From contig NW_005434539.1 of the NCBI RefSeq assembly GCF_000315625.1, positions 113,501-177,500 of the forward strand: a DNA stretch of 64,000 bases, read 5' to 3'. Origin of the DNA: Guillardia theta CCMP2712. Its lineage: Eukaryota; Protista; Cryptophyta. Shown piece after piece: positions 14,811 through 27,260 of this stretch (position 1 is the first letter of the stretch; the number at the start of each line of letters is the position of its first letter). Position numbers and translations under genes: made by a program. The notes beneath the pieces were generated by a model that was not told the DNA's origin, made no database searches, and saw nothing but the letters and a program-made list of their open reading frames with translations.

Positions 14811-16179
14811 GGTGATACTGGTGCAAACGATCAGAAACGGTAATGAGGATCAGAAATTGGAGCAGAAACGAGGAAGGGGCATTCAAGTGAGCTGACAAGA
14901 GTTTCAAAACGAAATGATTGCAACTGCAAATGAAACCTCCTGGTGTATCACTTGTTGTAACACTTATAGAGTGCCAACGTGAAACAAAACAACATCTCAA
15001 GAGCAGGAGTTTGCAAAATAACGATCTACGCAGACAGATTGATAACTTGGTTATATGCACAAGATCGTATGAGGAGGGAGGCTAATCAAAGGCATGTGCA
15101 TCAACCTTATGCCTTACATGAGACATGAAGGCAGGGACGAAGAATTCGCAGACACATGCGTTAGTGGTACAGAGAGGAAGCTACGCTGGTAACATCGGAA
15201 ACGATAGCAAGGCAAGGAAGGGGAAGAAGCAGAGAAAGCAAGGAGGCAAGCGAGGCAACGGAGGCAGTATGACGCATCAAGGTATCATCGTCAGAGAGCT
15301 TGCTAAGCGGTGAGGACATTGTTTGCAAGAAGCTCGAACGGCAAAGTGCACATTGCAGACGGAGGAAGGCAAGAAGGTCCGGCACTATGGGAGTGTCCCG
15401 GGGTGGGTGGGTACTCCCAGTCCGTATCAGTGTGGGTGGTACCCCACCCCTATTCTGGGATGGCCCCTTTTCTGTATCCGTAGTACCCACCCCTTCTGCT
15501 ATATTCTCACCCATATTAAAGAACCTCATACTGGTAGGGGTAGGGCAACCCATCAGTGTCGACCCCCACCCACTCTCAGCCGATCCCACCGTCACTGACC
15601 GTCCGACGGTGGTGCCTCCACCACCCCTACCTCCCTGAACGGTGACAGACGACGGTGACCCAAAGATCCTACCACCGTCCTTCAAGCCCTACCCCAGGAC
15701 TATCCCACAAGTACCCCCGGCCTATCCCCGTACGGTACAGTGGTTACCCCTGGTATGCCCCCTTTGTCCTACGGCATCATATTACTGCATTACGGTACGG
15801 TACTAGCTGGTAGTCAAGTTTTGCCCTCGACCACCCACCCCCACTAGTTGGTAATCTGAGACACAAAAACTTGAACATCTCAGAGTCTGGAGTACCCACC
15901 CCCCCTGCCCCCAGTGGCTACCAGCCCGTGATGAGCCACAGTGACTAGGGAGGGGTTGTCGCAGTTTTGACTCGCACGGCAACACATTGAAGTACCCGGT
16001 AGTATGCCGCAGAGCAGGGAGGGGGTGGCCCAGACTCTCAGGGGGGTGATCACTACCCCGGCCTAAACCCGCACCCCCCCTTCTCCCCACCCGCACCCCC
16101 CAACCCTATGCACAGTGGGGCACTGTCAGATGACTATCAATGTTTTATCAGCCGGCATTATTGGCGGCTCTCCCCCAAT

Positions 16180-17085
16180 TCTGATAGTAGAAGTTACCGG
16201 TACTAAAGTGGCATTGAGTAAACTGACTCCCTCGGCACTGCGCCAGAGGCTACAGTACTACGGTAAGTACGGGTCCGGTACAAGGGCAAAGTACCGGTCA
16301 CCGAGGCCCGCTGGCTGTCGTTCCGCGGCAGGCTCCCATGCTCCCCCGGACCGGCAGAGGCCAGTACGTACTCAGACTCGGAGTAAAAAAGTAGTAAATC
16401 TTTGAAAAGTTGCATAATCGCATCGTTTCGGTACCCTTGCCCGGGCCTCGGAGCCCGGCCCGGAGTCCCCCACGGGCCACACCAGGCCATCATGGCCCGC
16501 GGCGGGCTCTGACACGCAGTTCAGGAGCCGCGCCGCGGGCGGCGGCCGCGGGCGGCCGGGCCGGGCGGCGCCGGGCGTAGAGTCACTGCCCAATTGCCAA
16601 GATACTCACCGTCACCGTGGCACTGTCCGAGTGACTGAAGCTAGTTTAGTATACGGCACGGACTCCGAGGCCCAGTCCGAGTCGGCCATCAGTGATAGCC
16701 ATAGAGCTTGCCAGCCTGAGATTGGGCCATCATGCCACGGCCCGGCCACCTCTCCGGCCCGGCCGCGCGGCGGCCATGATCCGGCGATCATTGATACAGG
16801 CCGCTACTACGGCTGAGCCGATCCGGAGGCTGGCTCTTGAAGCCAAGTCGGGCCGACTCCCCGGTCCCGGAGCCTCGGAGTGACTCTGCCACTGTGACTC
16901 GGACGGTCCGAGCCTGAGGCTGAGGAGCCTGACGTGACAGATCATCCGCAGGTACCGAGTTCGGCCCGGGCCAACACTGACAGTGGTGAATCAGCGGCCC
17001 ATATCATGCAGCCGCCGGCAGAGCAGTGCTGTCACCCCGCCGGTCACAGTCGTGGCAGCTGGGTCGCCAGAGACCAGTCACTGAA
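16180..17085. repeat. GC-rich palindrome-dense island 3
   Basis: Same CAGTG/CACTG, GAGTC/GACTC, GTCAC, TCCGA, CCGG vocabulary as islands 1 and 2. Confidence 0.65.
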
Positions 17086-17252
17086 TGGTGCCTACTTCAA
17101 TTCACAGTTGCCATTTATCATCTTAGGGTTCACAGATAGAGAAACATGCAAAATCTACACGTACGCAGCCTCACAGACTTGTAAGTTAACATGGAAAATT
17201 AGACGCTATTTACACTAGAAGATCAACAAGTTCAGATAGTAGCAGTCTTTCC

Positions 17253-19240
17253 TCATGTTGAGCAGACAGCAAGATGGCATGCGGCTGCTGCCTCAGCATC
17301 AGCTTCCTCCAAGGCTTTTCGCGCTCTCTCAGCCATGGCGAGAGCATGTTTCTCTGCCTTGGCCGCCTGCTCTTCGGCCTCCCTCAGCTGCTTTGCTGCT
17401 TTCACTCGAGCTTGCTGCTGCGGCGAAAGCGCAAGGAAGGGGCTGGCAGTATGGTAGAGCTTGAGACACTCTTCCTCGTCTTCTGCCAAGGCGATGAACA
17501 TTGCAGACTTTCCTTGAAGGTACAGCAGAGGGAAGACACCATACTTAGACTGTCCAGGGACAAACGCACATCCTGCCTCCTGGAGTTGTTTGTAGAACTG
17601 TCCAACCTGGGCAAAGAAGTCAGACTGGAAATTGTTGTTGCAAAAAGGTAACAGGTGCTTACATGAAGCTCCTCTGGAGTTGTGCACTTCCAGCAGTAAA
17701 AGTGTGCATCGGGGGAGTACATCGAACGGAAGAGTTTGGGAGTATGGCAGCCGTTGAACCTCCCGGTGTTGAGGTCCGAGAGATATGGCACGCCTTTCAC
17801 CGACAAGAAATCCACTCCTCCTGGTCCCTTGGGCATCGAACCCTTGATGAAAGCCCTGAGGCATCGCCTTGCCTCGTCTTGGAAGGAAGGCTCGACCTTT
17901 GACTGCCTCCATCCCATGTAAGTGGTTCCCTTCATAATCTAAAAAAACCGTCAACCTAGAAACACTTCATCCAAGAGATGACAAACCTGATCCACAAAAT
18001 CTTCTCCTAAGAACTGATCTTCATTGTAATGGAGGGCAGGCGAGATCGCAACACCATCTGCTACTTAGTTAGAGGCAAGTCCATAGTCCATTTCAATCGC
18101 AAATATTCCACCTGGCGCCTTGTCCAAGTCAAGTTTTTCTTCCAGACAAACGACACCGTAAGGAAAATCATACGATTGCAACGTTGCAACATCGCTGACA
18201 AAAATAATTCCTTCTCCTGCAGCTCCATAGATAGGCTTGATCACAACCTCCTTGCTTCCAATTAGTTCATACGCCTTGACAAGATCCGAGCACGAGCTGC
18301 AAGTATATCCCTTGGGTACGATGATAGTTGGATCCAGGGATTCGATGACAGAGGGGACATCAAGGGATTGAATGTGCCTGTGCAAGGCGCCTTTGTTTCC
18401 ATAAGTGTTGATCCATTCAAGGTCCTCCCCGAAGATCTGCACTGGGAGATCGCTTAGTTTGTCAGCCCATCGCTGAAATTGGGTAGTGACACAGTAGGGA
18501 ACAAGCGTCCATTCACAGTTAGATGAGGTTATAATCCCACGCAAAGTTTCGACCATACAGTCATCCGTGTCATCATCCATGTTGTAAATATTGCCGCTGG
18601 TGAAGATCGCTTGCCAGTCTTCATATCCGAACACTTCCTTGCAGAACTCCCAGAAATGCCTAGTCCTCTCGTGGGCACCAGGTAGGATAGCAATATCGAG
18701 ACCAGGTCGGAGAAGAGTTAAAACTCTCGCCGGAAGGTTGTACCTCTGGCTCTCCTTCTTATATTCTGGACGAGGGCCATGAGTCCAGATCCTCCTTCTC
18801 TCGGCACCAAGAATTGAGTTTGATCGCTTGAGCTTGGGGACGTTTTCGGATACCACCTGCGCGACCACAGATGGATCAATGATCATGCTGTCTCCAGCTA
18901 GACACTCCGAGCAAACTGAAGCGAAGTATGCTTCTTCTATCGCAAGGGACTCGTCAGACTCGTCTACGGGCCCGAGCGGCACCGCAGGCTTCCTTGACAG
19001 CTTGGCTCGAGGAGGACCGCGCTGAGGGCTCACTTCGAAGTCGCTGACTGCTGGCTCGACAGCGATGGCGTGCCTTGTGCATCTTGGTGCACTGGTCGCA
19101 ACGGGCATCGGAGGCATGAGAATCCCAGCTTCCTCGAAGTTTCCTCCCACAGAGCTGACGAGGGTCATTGCAAGCAGGTTGCAGAGAAACAAAGCCTTGA
19201 ATGAGATTCTTTCTTCCCTTCTCAGACAAATAGATGACAA
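17253..19240 (-). CDS. ATP-grasp fold ligase-like protein, multi-exon, with putative N-terminal signal peptide
   Basis: VVIKPIYGAAGEGIIFV (K-P...G-x-G loop), VCLEEKL, GPGGVDFL...YLSDLNTGRFNG (D...[E/D]xN.R signature) across ORFs 18065-19240 and 17402-17935. Hydrophobic FKALFLCNLLAMTLVSSVGG at the N-terminus. Exact splicing and ends uncertain. Confidence 0.65.
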
Positions 19241-21459
19241 CGCAAGCTCTCACAGAATACTCCAAGTTTGTTCAGCGCTCCGTTTCTTGCCTTGAACCTG
19301 ATGCTCTCGTCAGATTCCAATCCAATCCAGCAAAATTTGTGAGGCGTCCAATGAAACGACAGGGAACCTTTTTCTTGCCTATCACTCACAGTTTGACACT
19401 CACAGCGTCTCTTGAAATTCCATCTTGCACGAAGATAATAGACACTATACGAATCTTGCTTCTATCTACATACAACCAGCAGCACAACACAGTGTGACTA
19501 TCAGTGACAAAGAATTTGCGTTTCTCTGCTGTTTAGCGAAAAAAATCTTATCCAAACAACTCAAATCATACGTCAGAAAACATCGACATCAATGTTATTC
19601 GAAATTCCAATAGTTCTACAAGCAATCTTCTTGAATCGTACAGTTATCATCAGCAGAAGGCAACGAGAGGCATCGACAGGAGGAAAACAAGAACTGGATC
19701 GGAAACAAGACAGAGAGGTGCTGAGGTAAGGAAAGCAGAAGGGATCTGAAGTAACATCGAATCCAGATGCAATGAGGAGCGGAGCAAGACGCAAATTGTG
19801 CTCTAGCTTCAGTAGCAGCTGCGTGTCGTGGGGAGGGGAAGGAGGACTACATGCATTGTAAGGGGGAAGTACCCACCCTGTCAAATTAGCAAAAACTCAG
19901 GTCACTTCAGGGGTACTACTGATTTGGGTGGTAATGAACTGGGGGATCGGGTGAAAAAAATTCAGGGGTATCCACGGGTGGTACTAAATGTGGGTCGAAG
20001 GGTAGGGTGAAAGAGCAAATTCAAGGACCCAACTCTTGCCGATACCCCCCTGGTGAGTTTGATGTTACCCTACCCTCCTGTGACTCGCCATCCATTCACT
20101 AAATATGACCGGTAGGTGACTCCCCCTTTTCCACATCACCCCTCTCTTTTAGTGTAAGTACCCGGTTTCTTTGACATAGACCCTACCCTCAGTGCAACAT
20201 TCCCCAAAAAGCTTTTTTTGGAACTCTTTGGAACCATTGCACTTGATGACCCCACCCCTTCGAAACGTCTGGTCCCTTGAGCCACTCGCCACCCTTCGAA
20301 TTGGCCAAAAGTACCGGTGCTGTTCCATATGACCCATGATTCTTCTGAAAGTTTTGTCTAGTCCAAGGGGTACAGCGAACTTCAAGATCGGGGATACCCC
20401 ACCTATCCGATCTGGCACCCCCGCTAGTTTGAGCCTCATCAGTGTTGGACCCCTCGTCCTTGCTTGTGCCAACAATGAATGGCGTGACTGGTTCTATGAG
20501 CCCCTGCACAACTGGTACCAATAGTTTAGTCTATTTTCATTTTTTGTACTGTTGTTCAAATTAAAATATGTTTTTGAAATCTCCGCCTCCTCTTCGCATG
20601 CCAACTTCAAATGTTTGTTCTCATCATGTTCGCGGTCGTATCTTCGATGTGCCCTCTGAAGGTCACCACCCCCACCTACCTCAAGATGCTCTCTGCCCAC
20701 CCCTACCAGCACCGTAGTTACACAATCCCCCGATTGAAAAAGAACTCCAATCTACCACCACCTAGGCATCCTCCCTCTAGATTTCAGACATAGGACCGGT
20801 GTCTCATATTTTTTTTTGGCTTATTACCCCACTCCACCCCCTCCCCAGGCTTCCCCGGCGTTGTCCAAACGACGTGGTTTTGCTCTTCCCCCAGCCCCTG
20901 ATAAGTTCTCGTTGGGGCCTCCAATAGATTCCTGTGTTTCCCTCGAATACACGAACTTTTATTTGAATTTCTCTGAAGTTCCTGAAGTTGCTTCGGACAC
21001 CCACAGCCTAGATCTTCAGGGGGGCAGGAGAAGCTGTAGGCAAAGCTGGGGGGTACTTCAAGCAATAGGGTAGGGTGGGTATTTTACACGAGCTCAAGGG
21101 GGAATGTGAGCGCGAGAGTTGGTGGATAAATGTCAAGAAGGGGGTGGTACCATGAGACTATACGGGTAGTCAAAGTTTATTGGCCCGCAGGAGGACAATT
21201 CAGGGGTAGGTGGGTGAATTGAGAAGGGTGGTCAATGTGGCAGATGTAACCCGTCTAAAATCAACTTTGTTGTGCCCATGGGTTGGAGGAGGGATGGGGT
21301 GTACCGTATGACCCTAAACCGAAAGTGGGGGATGGACAGTGAGGGGGTGGGGGGGTGGTTGTGAAAGAAAACAAGAGGAGTGGGGGAATATTCAGGGGGT
21401 GGGGTGGAGGGGCCGCTCACATGTGAAGCTCGAGCGCCGTAACTTTCCGATCTCATAGG

Positions 21460-21945
21460 CTCCCGGCCAGTGACGCCCAGTGACGGTGCAGATGCCAGTG
21501 ACAGGCTGACTCGTACCAGCGTAGACCGGCCGGGCCCGGAAGGCCGCGGCGGCGCAGCCTGTGAACTGATTTTTAACCGTTCAACTTTGAGTAAAGGTGC
21601 CAGACACGGTGAAGCTTGAAAATTAGCCTGTACTAGCGGCCCGCGGCTGCCGCGCCGGGAGTCCGAGGCTCAGTCATCGTAGTCAGTGACTGGAGACTCA
21701 GGCACCGGTACCGGCCGGCCGGCCGTACTATCATACTGTGCCGTGCCACCGAGCCGTGTTACTGGCCGCGCCGGGCGGCGGCGGCGCCCGCCGCGTCGGA
21801 GGCGCGGCACTGCGGCAGTGGGCCCCGGCCGGGCGCGGCGCCCTCACTGCCTCACCCACCGGCGGTCCGGGTCCGCCGCCGCGTGGAGTCCGATCAGCCG
21901 GACTCGAGGCTCCGACACTGATGAGTCAGTACTCGTACGGTCTTG
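21460..21945. repeat. GC-rich palindrome-dense island 4, with a reverse copy of the repeat core at 21566-21596
   Basis: Reverse complement reads ctttactcaaagtt-gaacggtt-aaaaatcag. Confidence 0.65.
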
Positions 21946-23800
21946 GAGTATCTGTTCAAACTTTTGAGTGTCTTCACATGTCCCTATGTATATATCTGGG
22001 GCGGACTTGTTTCAGACTACGGAGGCTCCTTTTTAAAAAATATTATAATTCCCACAAACTCATCTGGCAAATTTGATGGTACCCCTACTCGAGTACCCCT
22101 ACCCTTCAATTGTAGCTTAAAATGATGTAAAGTACCCCATGTTTTAGTGCACTTGATACCTGCTACCCCGCAGTCTGAGAACCACGAACCAGGCCACCCA
22201 CCCCCCTCCCATCCATAGATCACTCGTTTGTACCCAACCAGCTCCACAATCCTGGTACCCCTACCACCCATCGAAGAACTACAAAACAACCCAGTACCAC
22301 GAAAATGACTAGGTAGTACCCCCCTTATGAAGAACAAATTTAGTCCCTTTGAATAACCTACCCCAACCAAAATCTTCTCCCTTGTTGACCACCCCCCTTC
22401 CAACTACCCTCCCTCCCTCCCTCCCTCCCTCGCTCCCTCCCTCCCGTATCTTGTCTCTGCTCGCTTACCTCCCCCCACCCCTTCAGAGAGCTTNNNNNNN
22501 NNNNNNNNNNNNNNNNNNNNNNNNNNNNNNNNNNNNNNNNNNNNNNNNNNNNNNNNNNNNNNNNNNNNNNNNNNNNNNNNNNNNNNNNNNNNNNNNNNNN
22601 NNNNNNNNNNNNNNNNNNNNNNNNNNNNNNNNNNNNNNNNNNNNNNNNNNNNNNNNNNNNNNNNNNNNNNNNNNNNNNNNNNNNNNNNNNNNNNNNNNNN
22701 NNNNNNNNNNNNNNNNNNNNNNNNNNNNNNNNNNNNNNNNNNNNNNNNNNNNNNNNNNNNNNNNNNNNNNNNNNNNNNNNNNNNNNNNNNNNNNNNNNNN
22801 NNNNNNNNNNNNNNNNNNNNNNNNNNNNNNNNNNNNNNNNNNNNNNNNNNNNNNNNNNNNNNNNNNNNNNNNNNNNNNNNNNNNNNNNNNNNNNNNNNNN
22901 NNNNNNNNNNNNNNNNNNNNNNNNNNNNNNNNNNNNNNNNNNNNNNNNNNNNNNNNNNNNNNNNNNNNNNNNNNNNNNNNNNNNNNNNNNNNNNNNNNNN
23001 NNNNNNNNNNNNNNNNNNNNNNNNNNNNNNNNNNNNNNNNNNNNNNNNNNNNNNNNNNNNNNNNNNNNNNNNNNNNNNNNNNNNNNNNNNNNNNNNNNNN
23101 NNNNNNNNNNNNNNNNNNNNNNNNNNNNNNNNNNNNNNNNNNNNNNNNNNNNNNNNNNNNNNNNNNNNNNNNNNNNNNNNNNNNNNNNNNNNNNNNNNNN
23201 NNNNNNNNNNNNNNNNNNNNNNNNNNNNNNNNNNNNNNNNNNNNNNNNNNNNNNNNNNNNNNNNNNNNNNNNNNNNNNNNNNNNNNNNNNNNNNNNNNNN
23301 NNNNNNNNNNNNNNNNNNNNNNNNNNNNNNNNNNNNNNNNNNNNNNNNNNNNNNNNNNNNNNNNNNNNNNNNNNNNNNNNNNNNNNNNNNNNNNNNNNNN
23401 NNGACCCCCCCTTCCCTCCCCTTCCCCTCCCTTCCCCTTCCCCTTCCCCTTCCCCTTCCCCTTCCCCTTCCCCTCCTGCTTGTTTCCTTCTCTCTTTTCA
23501 TCCTTTTCCTTCTCCTTCTCGCTTTCTCTTGATCATTTTTCCACCCCTTCCTCTACTCCAGTGCCTGTCTGCATCCGCTCTGTTTATCCCGCTGAAGTCT
23601 TTCTTCTACGCCATCTCCTTTCATCAATCTGTCATACATCATTGCATCCGTTTGTTTTTCTTCAGTCTAGCTCATTCATCACCACTCTAGCACACATCAA
23701 TCGGTTTACTGAATCGTGTTCCATTTCTTAGCTCTCAAGGTACCAAAGAACAACATCGTTGACACAAAATCTGCAAGAAGCTTGTACTTTCAACAAACAG

Positions 23801-24994
23801 ATGAGCTTCAGGGACGTAGACGACTTTGTGTTGCAAGACCCTTCCTCCACCGACGTTGGTCCCTTGTTCGATGTCTTCTATAACGAGCAGGACAAGAGTG
23901 TCCCCAGTGAGCGCGAGTCAAACCTCGCCCCCGTCGATGTGAAACCGGACCTCCAAGGTCAGAAGATGGCAGGGATTTCCTCTCAAAGTCCGCCCGTCAC
24001 TCCGGACTGCAAGCTATTCGTTGCAGCTCTCAAGGAGGAGGACAGCTCCCAACAGACTCCGAGCTGCGGAAGCAAGAGGAAGGTGGTCTTCCCTACTCTG
24101 TCGACCTCGTTCGACGACATGATGAGTGACTTGGCCGAGCCCGAGGGCTTTCTGTGCTTGCCTCCTGCAGCCCCCGGAAGCAAACGGCCGAAAACCGAGC
24201 AAGCTGAGCTGAAGCTGAAGCCGATCTGCATGGCTCGTGCGTCTGAGAGCAAGAGCGAAAGCTTTCTGCATGTGGCGAGCGAGAAAAAAGAAAAGGAGGA
24301 CGACTTCATCTTGGAGATCAAGAAGGAAGTCAGTGAGGATACCTTGTTGTTCTTGGAGATGCTCAATGATGATACGCCGCCACTCTGTCATGATGGGCAA
24401 GAGACTCTTGAGGAGGGGCAAGGTGCCGTCAACGATGAGGGCCAGGACAGCAGCGGCGAGAGCCAACAGCAGCCTTCGCCTCCACCCTTGCAACCTGTGG
24501 ATGGGCAGAAACGAGCCCGACAGGGGCAGGAGCGATGGGCGATGAAGGCCAAGGAGCTGCGAGAGGAGTGGAACGCCAAGATCCATAGAGCTCCCCTCTC
24601 TACCAAGGCAGTCTTCGAGGAGCAGCTGCAGGCTTGCAAGGACTTGAGGCTCAAGTCGCAGAAAGAAGCTTTCCTCTACTTCCTGCAGCTGCTCATGCTA
24701 GACAACGTGGTCACCCCCTTCGATTTCATCGGCTACCACAGCCTTCACTTCATTTCCAGCTGCTCTTTCAATGGCTGGAGAGGCTTCAATGTCAACCCGC
24801 AGTTCCACCTGGAGTTCAAGAGGAGACTCTACGGTCTGTTCGATGGTGGGGAGGTGAAGAAGAACACTTGGCAGAATCTCTTCAGGAACAGCGGCCTCAT
24901 CCCCGACGCATGTCAGGGCCACTGGGAGGAGGCGCTCATGGGACGGCTGTCCTTCACCTTCACTTTTCCCCGGAGCGAACGCAGAGCGGACTAG
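23801..24994 (+). CDS. Hypothetical intronless protein (~397 aa); disordered acidic N-half and globular C-terminal domain
   Basis: Long clean ORF from ATG 23801 (MSFRDVDDF) with realistic composition. C-domain FLYFLQLLM...WRGFNVN...EFKRRLYGLF...NTWQNLFRNSGLIP. Confidence 0.7.
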   Translation: MSFRDVDDFVLQDPSSTDVGPLFDVFYNEQDKSVPSERESNLAPVDVKPDLQGQKMAGISSQSPPVTPDCKLFVAALKEEDSSQQTPSCGSKRKVVFPTLSTSFDDMMSDLAEPEGFLCLPPAAPGSKRPKTEQAELKLKPICMARASESKSESFLHVASEKKEKEDDFILEIKKEVSEDTLLFLEMLNDDTPPLCHDGQETLEEGQGAVNDEGQDSSGESQQQPSPPPLQPVDGQKRARQGQERWAMKAKELREEWNAKIHRAPLSTKAVFEEQLQACKDLRLKSQKEAFLYFLQLLMLDNVVTPFDFIGYHSLHFISSCSFNGWRGFNVNPQFHLEFKRRLYGLFDGGEVKKNTWQNLFRNSGLIPDACQGHWEEALMGRLSFTFTFPRSERRAD

Positions 24995-25449
24995 AGGCTG
25001 GAGGGGAGAGGGCGAGAGGAAGCTGTGAGAGGCGGTGGAAGAGGTGAGAGAGGAGGAGCAACTACAGAAGGGGAAGGAACAGAAATAGCAGCAGCAGCAG
25101 AGGAGGAGGAGGAGGAGGAGGAGGAGGAGGAGGAGGAGGAGGAGGAGGAGGAGGAGGGCAGAATAGTTTTAAGAGCAATTCATTTCTCCTGCGACAGGGG
25201 TAAATGGGGGCATCAAAGCGCCCAAGCGTGTAACAATGATGTAAAAGAATAAATTGAGTGTGAGAAATTGAAGTGCCGAAATGTGATAAGAGACGATGAG
25301 AGGGAGAGAGAAGGAGGAACGAGGGTTTTTCGACCGAGGAATTCTGTCAGGGAGGGAGGGAGGGGGGAGGGAGGGCGGGAGGGAGGAGCAAGAGAAGGGG
25401 CGGGAGGGACTTGGGAAGGGAAGGGAGGGAGAAGGGTAGCAAGGTGAAG

Positions 25450-26706
25450 TTCATCTCCTCTTCTTGGAGCTCGAGCCTCCTCCTTGGCATCGTCAAACAA
25501 GCAGGAGAGAAATGAAACAATGCTCACCTTTTGCTGGAGAATGAACCTTCTTCCTTGAAAAGTAGTCCTCCTCCTCCTCCTCCTCCTCCTCCTCCTCCTC
25601 CTCATAGTCCTCCTCATCGCCCGGCTGACGCCTCACGTCCACCTCGTCCTCCTCCTCTCCACCTTCGCCTGCACCTGCGTCTCCGCCCCATCTTTCTCTG
25701 CCCCTGTCCTCTCCCAATTCCAAATCGTTTTCGTCTTCATCTTTGTCTTCTCCTGACATTTTCATCGCCATCTCTGACAACTGAGCCGAAGAGCATCAGG
25801 ATGAAGGAAAGGAGAGGAGGAGGGGCAGGGGGCCGGGGGAGAGAGGGAAGGGGTAGAAAGAGAAGGATCGGAGGCAGAGAAGGAGTGAGACGAAGGGAAG
25901 AATGCGGAGGGGAAGAAGGAGGTAAAACAACAGGGGCAATGGTGTTGAACGTCTAGGAGGAGGAGGAGGAGGAGGAGGAGGAGGAGGAGGATGAGAAGCA
26001 GCGGAATTTACCTCCGAAAGTCTGCTTTGAGAGCTAGCCCGGTTCGCATCGGGGCTTACGGCGACCTGCTTGTACTGGGAGAGGTCGAGCTCGTCCTCTG
26101 CTGCCCCCCAGCAGCGTCAAGAACAGGGGAGAGGCGCAAAGTGTTCGCACCGATTATGGAGACGATCTTGCAGCTCCCCGGCCTCCACCTTAGCGAGTTC
26201 TTCTCACCTGACCCCCAGCTGTTAAAATGCAACTGCTCTGCTCCAGCTGGGGCTGACCTAACTCAGCTATGGCCTTCTGGAAGCAGGCGGCAAGGAACTC
26301 GCCGTCCCGGCAGCTTCCAACATCCTAGAAGAAGGAGAGGAGAGGAGACAAGGAGAGCAAGAGTGAGATAGAGGAGATGAGTGAGAAAGAGAGGAAGAGG
26401 ACGAGGACGAGGAGAGGAGGACGAGGAGGAGGAAGCGAGGAGGAGGTGGTGGTGGAGGGGGGGGAGGAGAACCTTTGTGCTCCGGAAGTCAATCTGTATA
26501 ATGTGCTGCAAGAGCTCGGAATGCCGCTTTCTTTCCTCGATTGCGTCCTCTTCCTCGTCATCTTCCTCGTCCTCATACTCGTCCTCCATGTCCTCTCTCT
26601 CCGACGCCTCTTTCCGCGTCAAGACAGTTGCCTTGATCTGTAGAGTCTCTTAGGTGTTTCATCCCTCCGCCTCCTCCCACTTGTTCTAATTGTCTACCTC
26701 AGCCTT

Positions 26707-26782
<76 letters not shown>

Positions 26783-27201
26783 CCCACTACCTTCACCACC
26801 TCCTCCCCCGCCCCCTACACAACCACCACCACCACCTTCTCCTCCTCCTCCCCTTCCTCTTCCTTCCCCCTCCTCTTCCTTGTGCAGCTTTCCCTCTTCT
26901 CTTCCTTCTCTTCCCCTGCTGCATCCCACCTGATCCCATCGCACAACTTCGTTCTTGGAGAGGCATCGAGCAATGTCTTTCCTCGTCAACTGCGAAGGTC
27001 TCAGAAGCTCGGGACCAGCTGGGGAGGTCGAAGGATTGGAGGTGGAGGTGGGAAGGCAGGCAGACCTCTGCAAACGCAGCCCAACGCTCTCGAGCAAGCG
27101 GGTCATCTGATCGCAAGTGTGAGTGAGATGCAGAGGATACAAGCGACGATGGTGATGGTAATGGTGGTGGTGATGGTGATGGTGGTGACGTTGTTGATAT
27201 A

Positions 27202-27260
<59 letters not shown>

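Noticed and set aside
20494-20712. Protein-like fragment (RAHRRYDREHDENKHLKLACEEE) in degenerate intergenic DNA
   Set aside because: Too short and embedded in decayed sequence; cannot be assigned to a gene or element.
22349-23731. ORFs of 260-570 aa spanning N runs (also 38135-43287)
   Set aside because: Assembly gaps translated as X; no evidence of coding.
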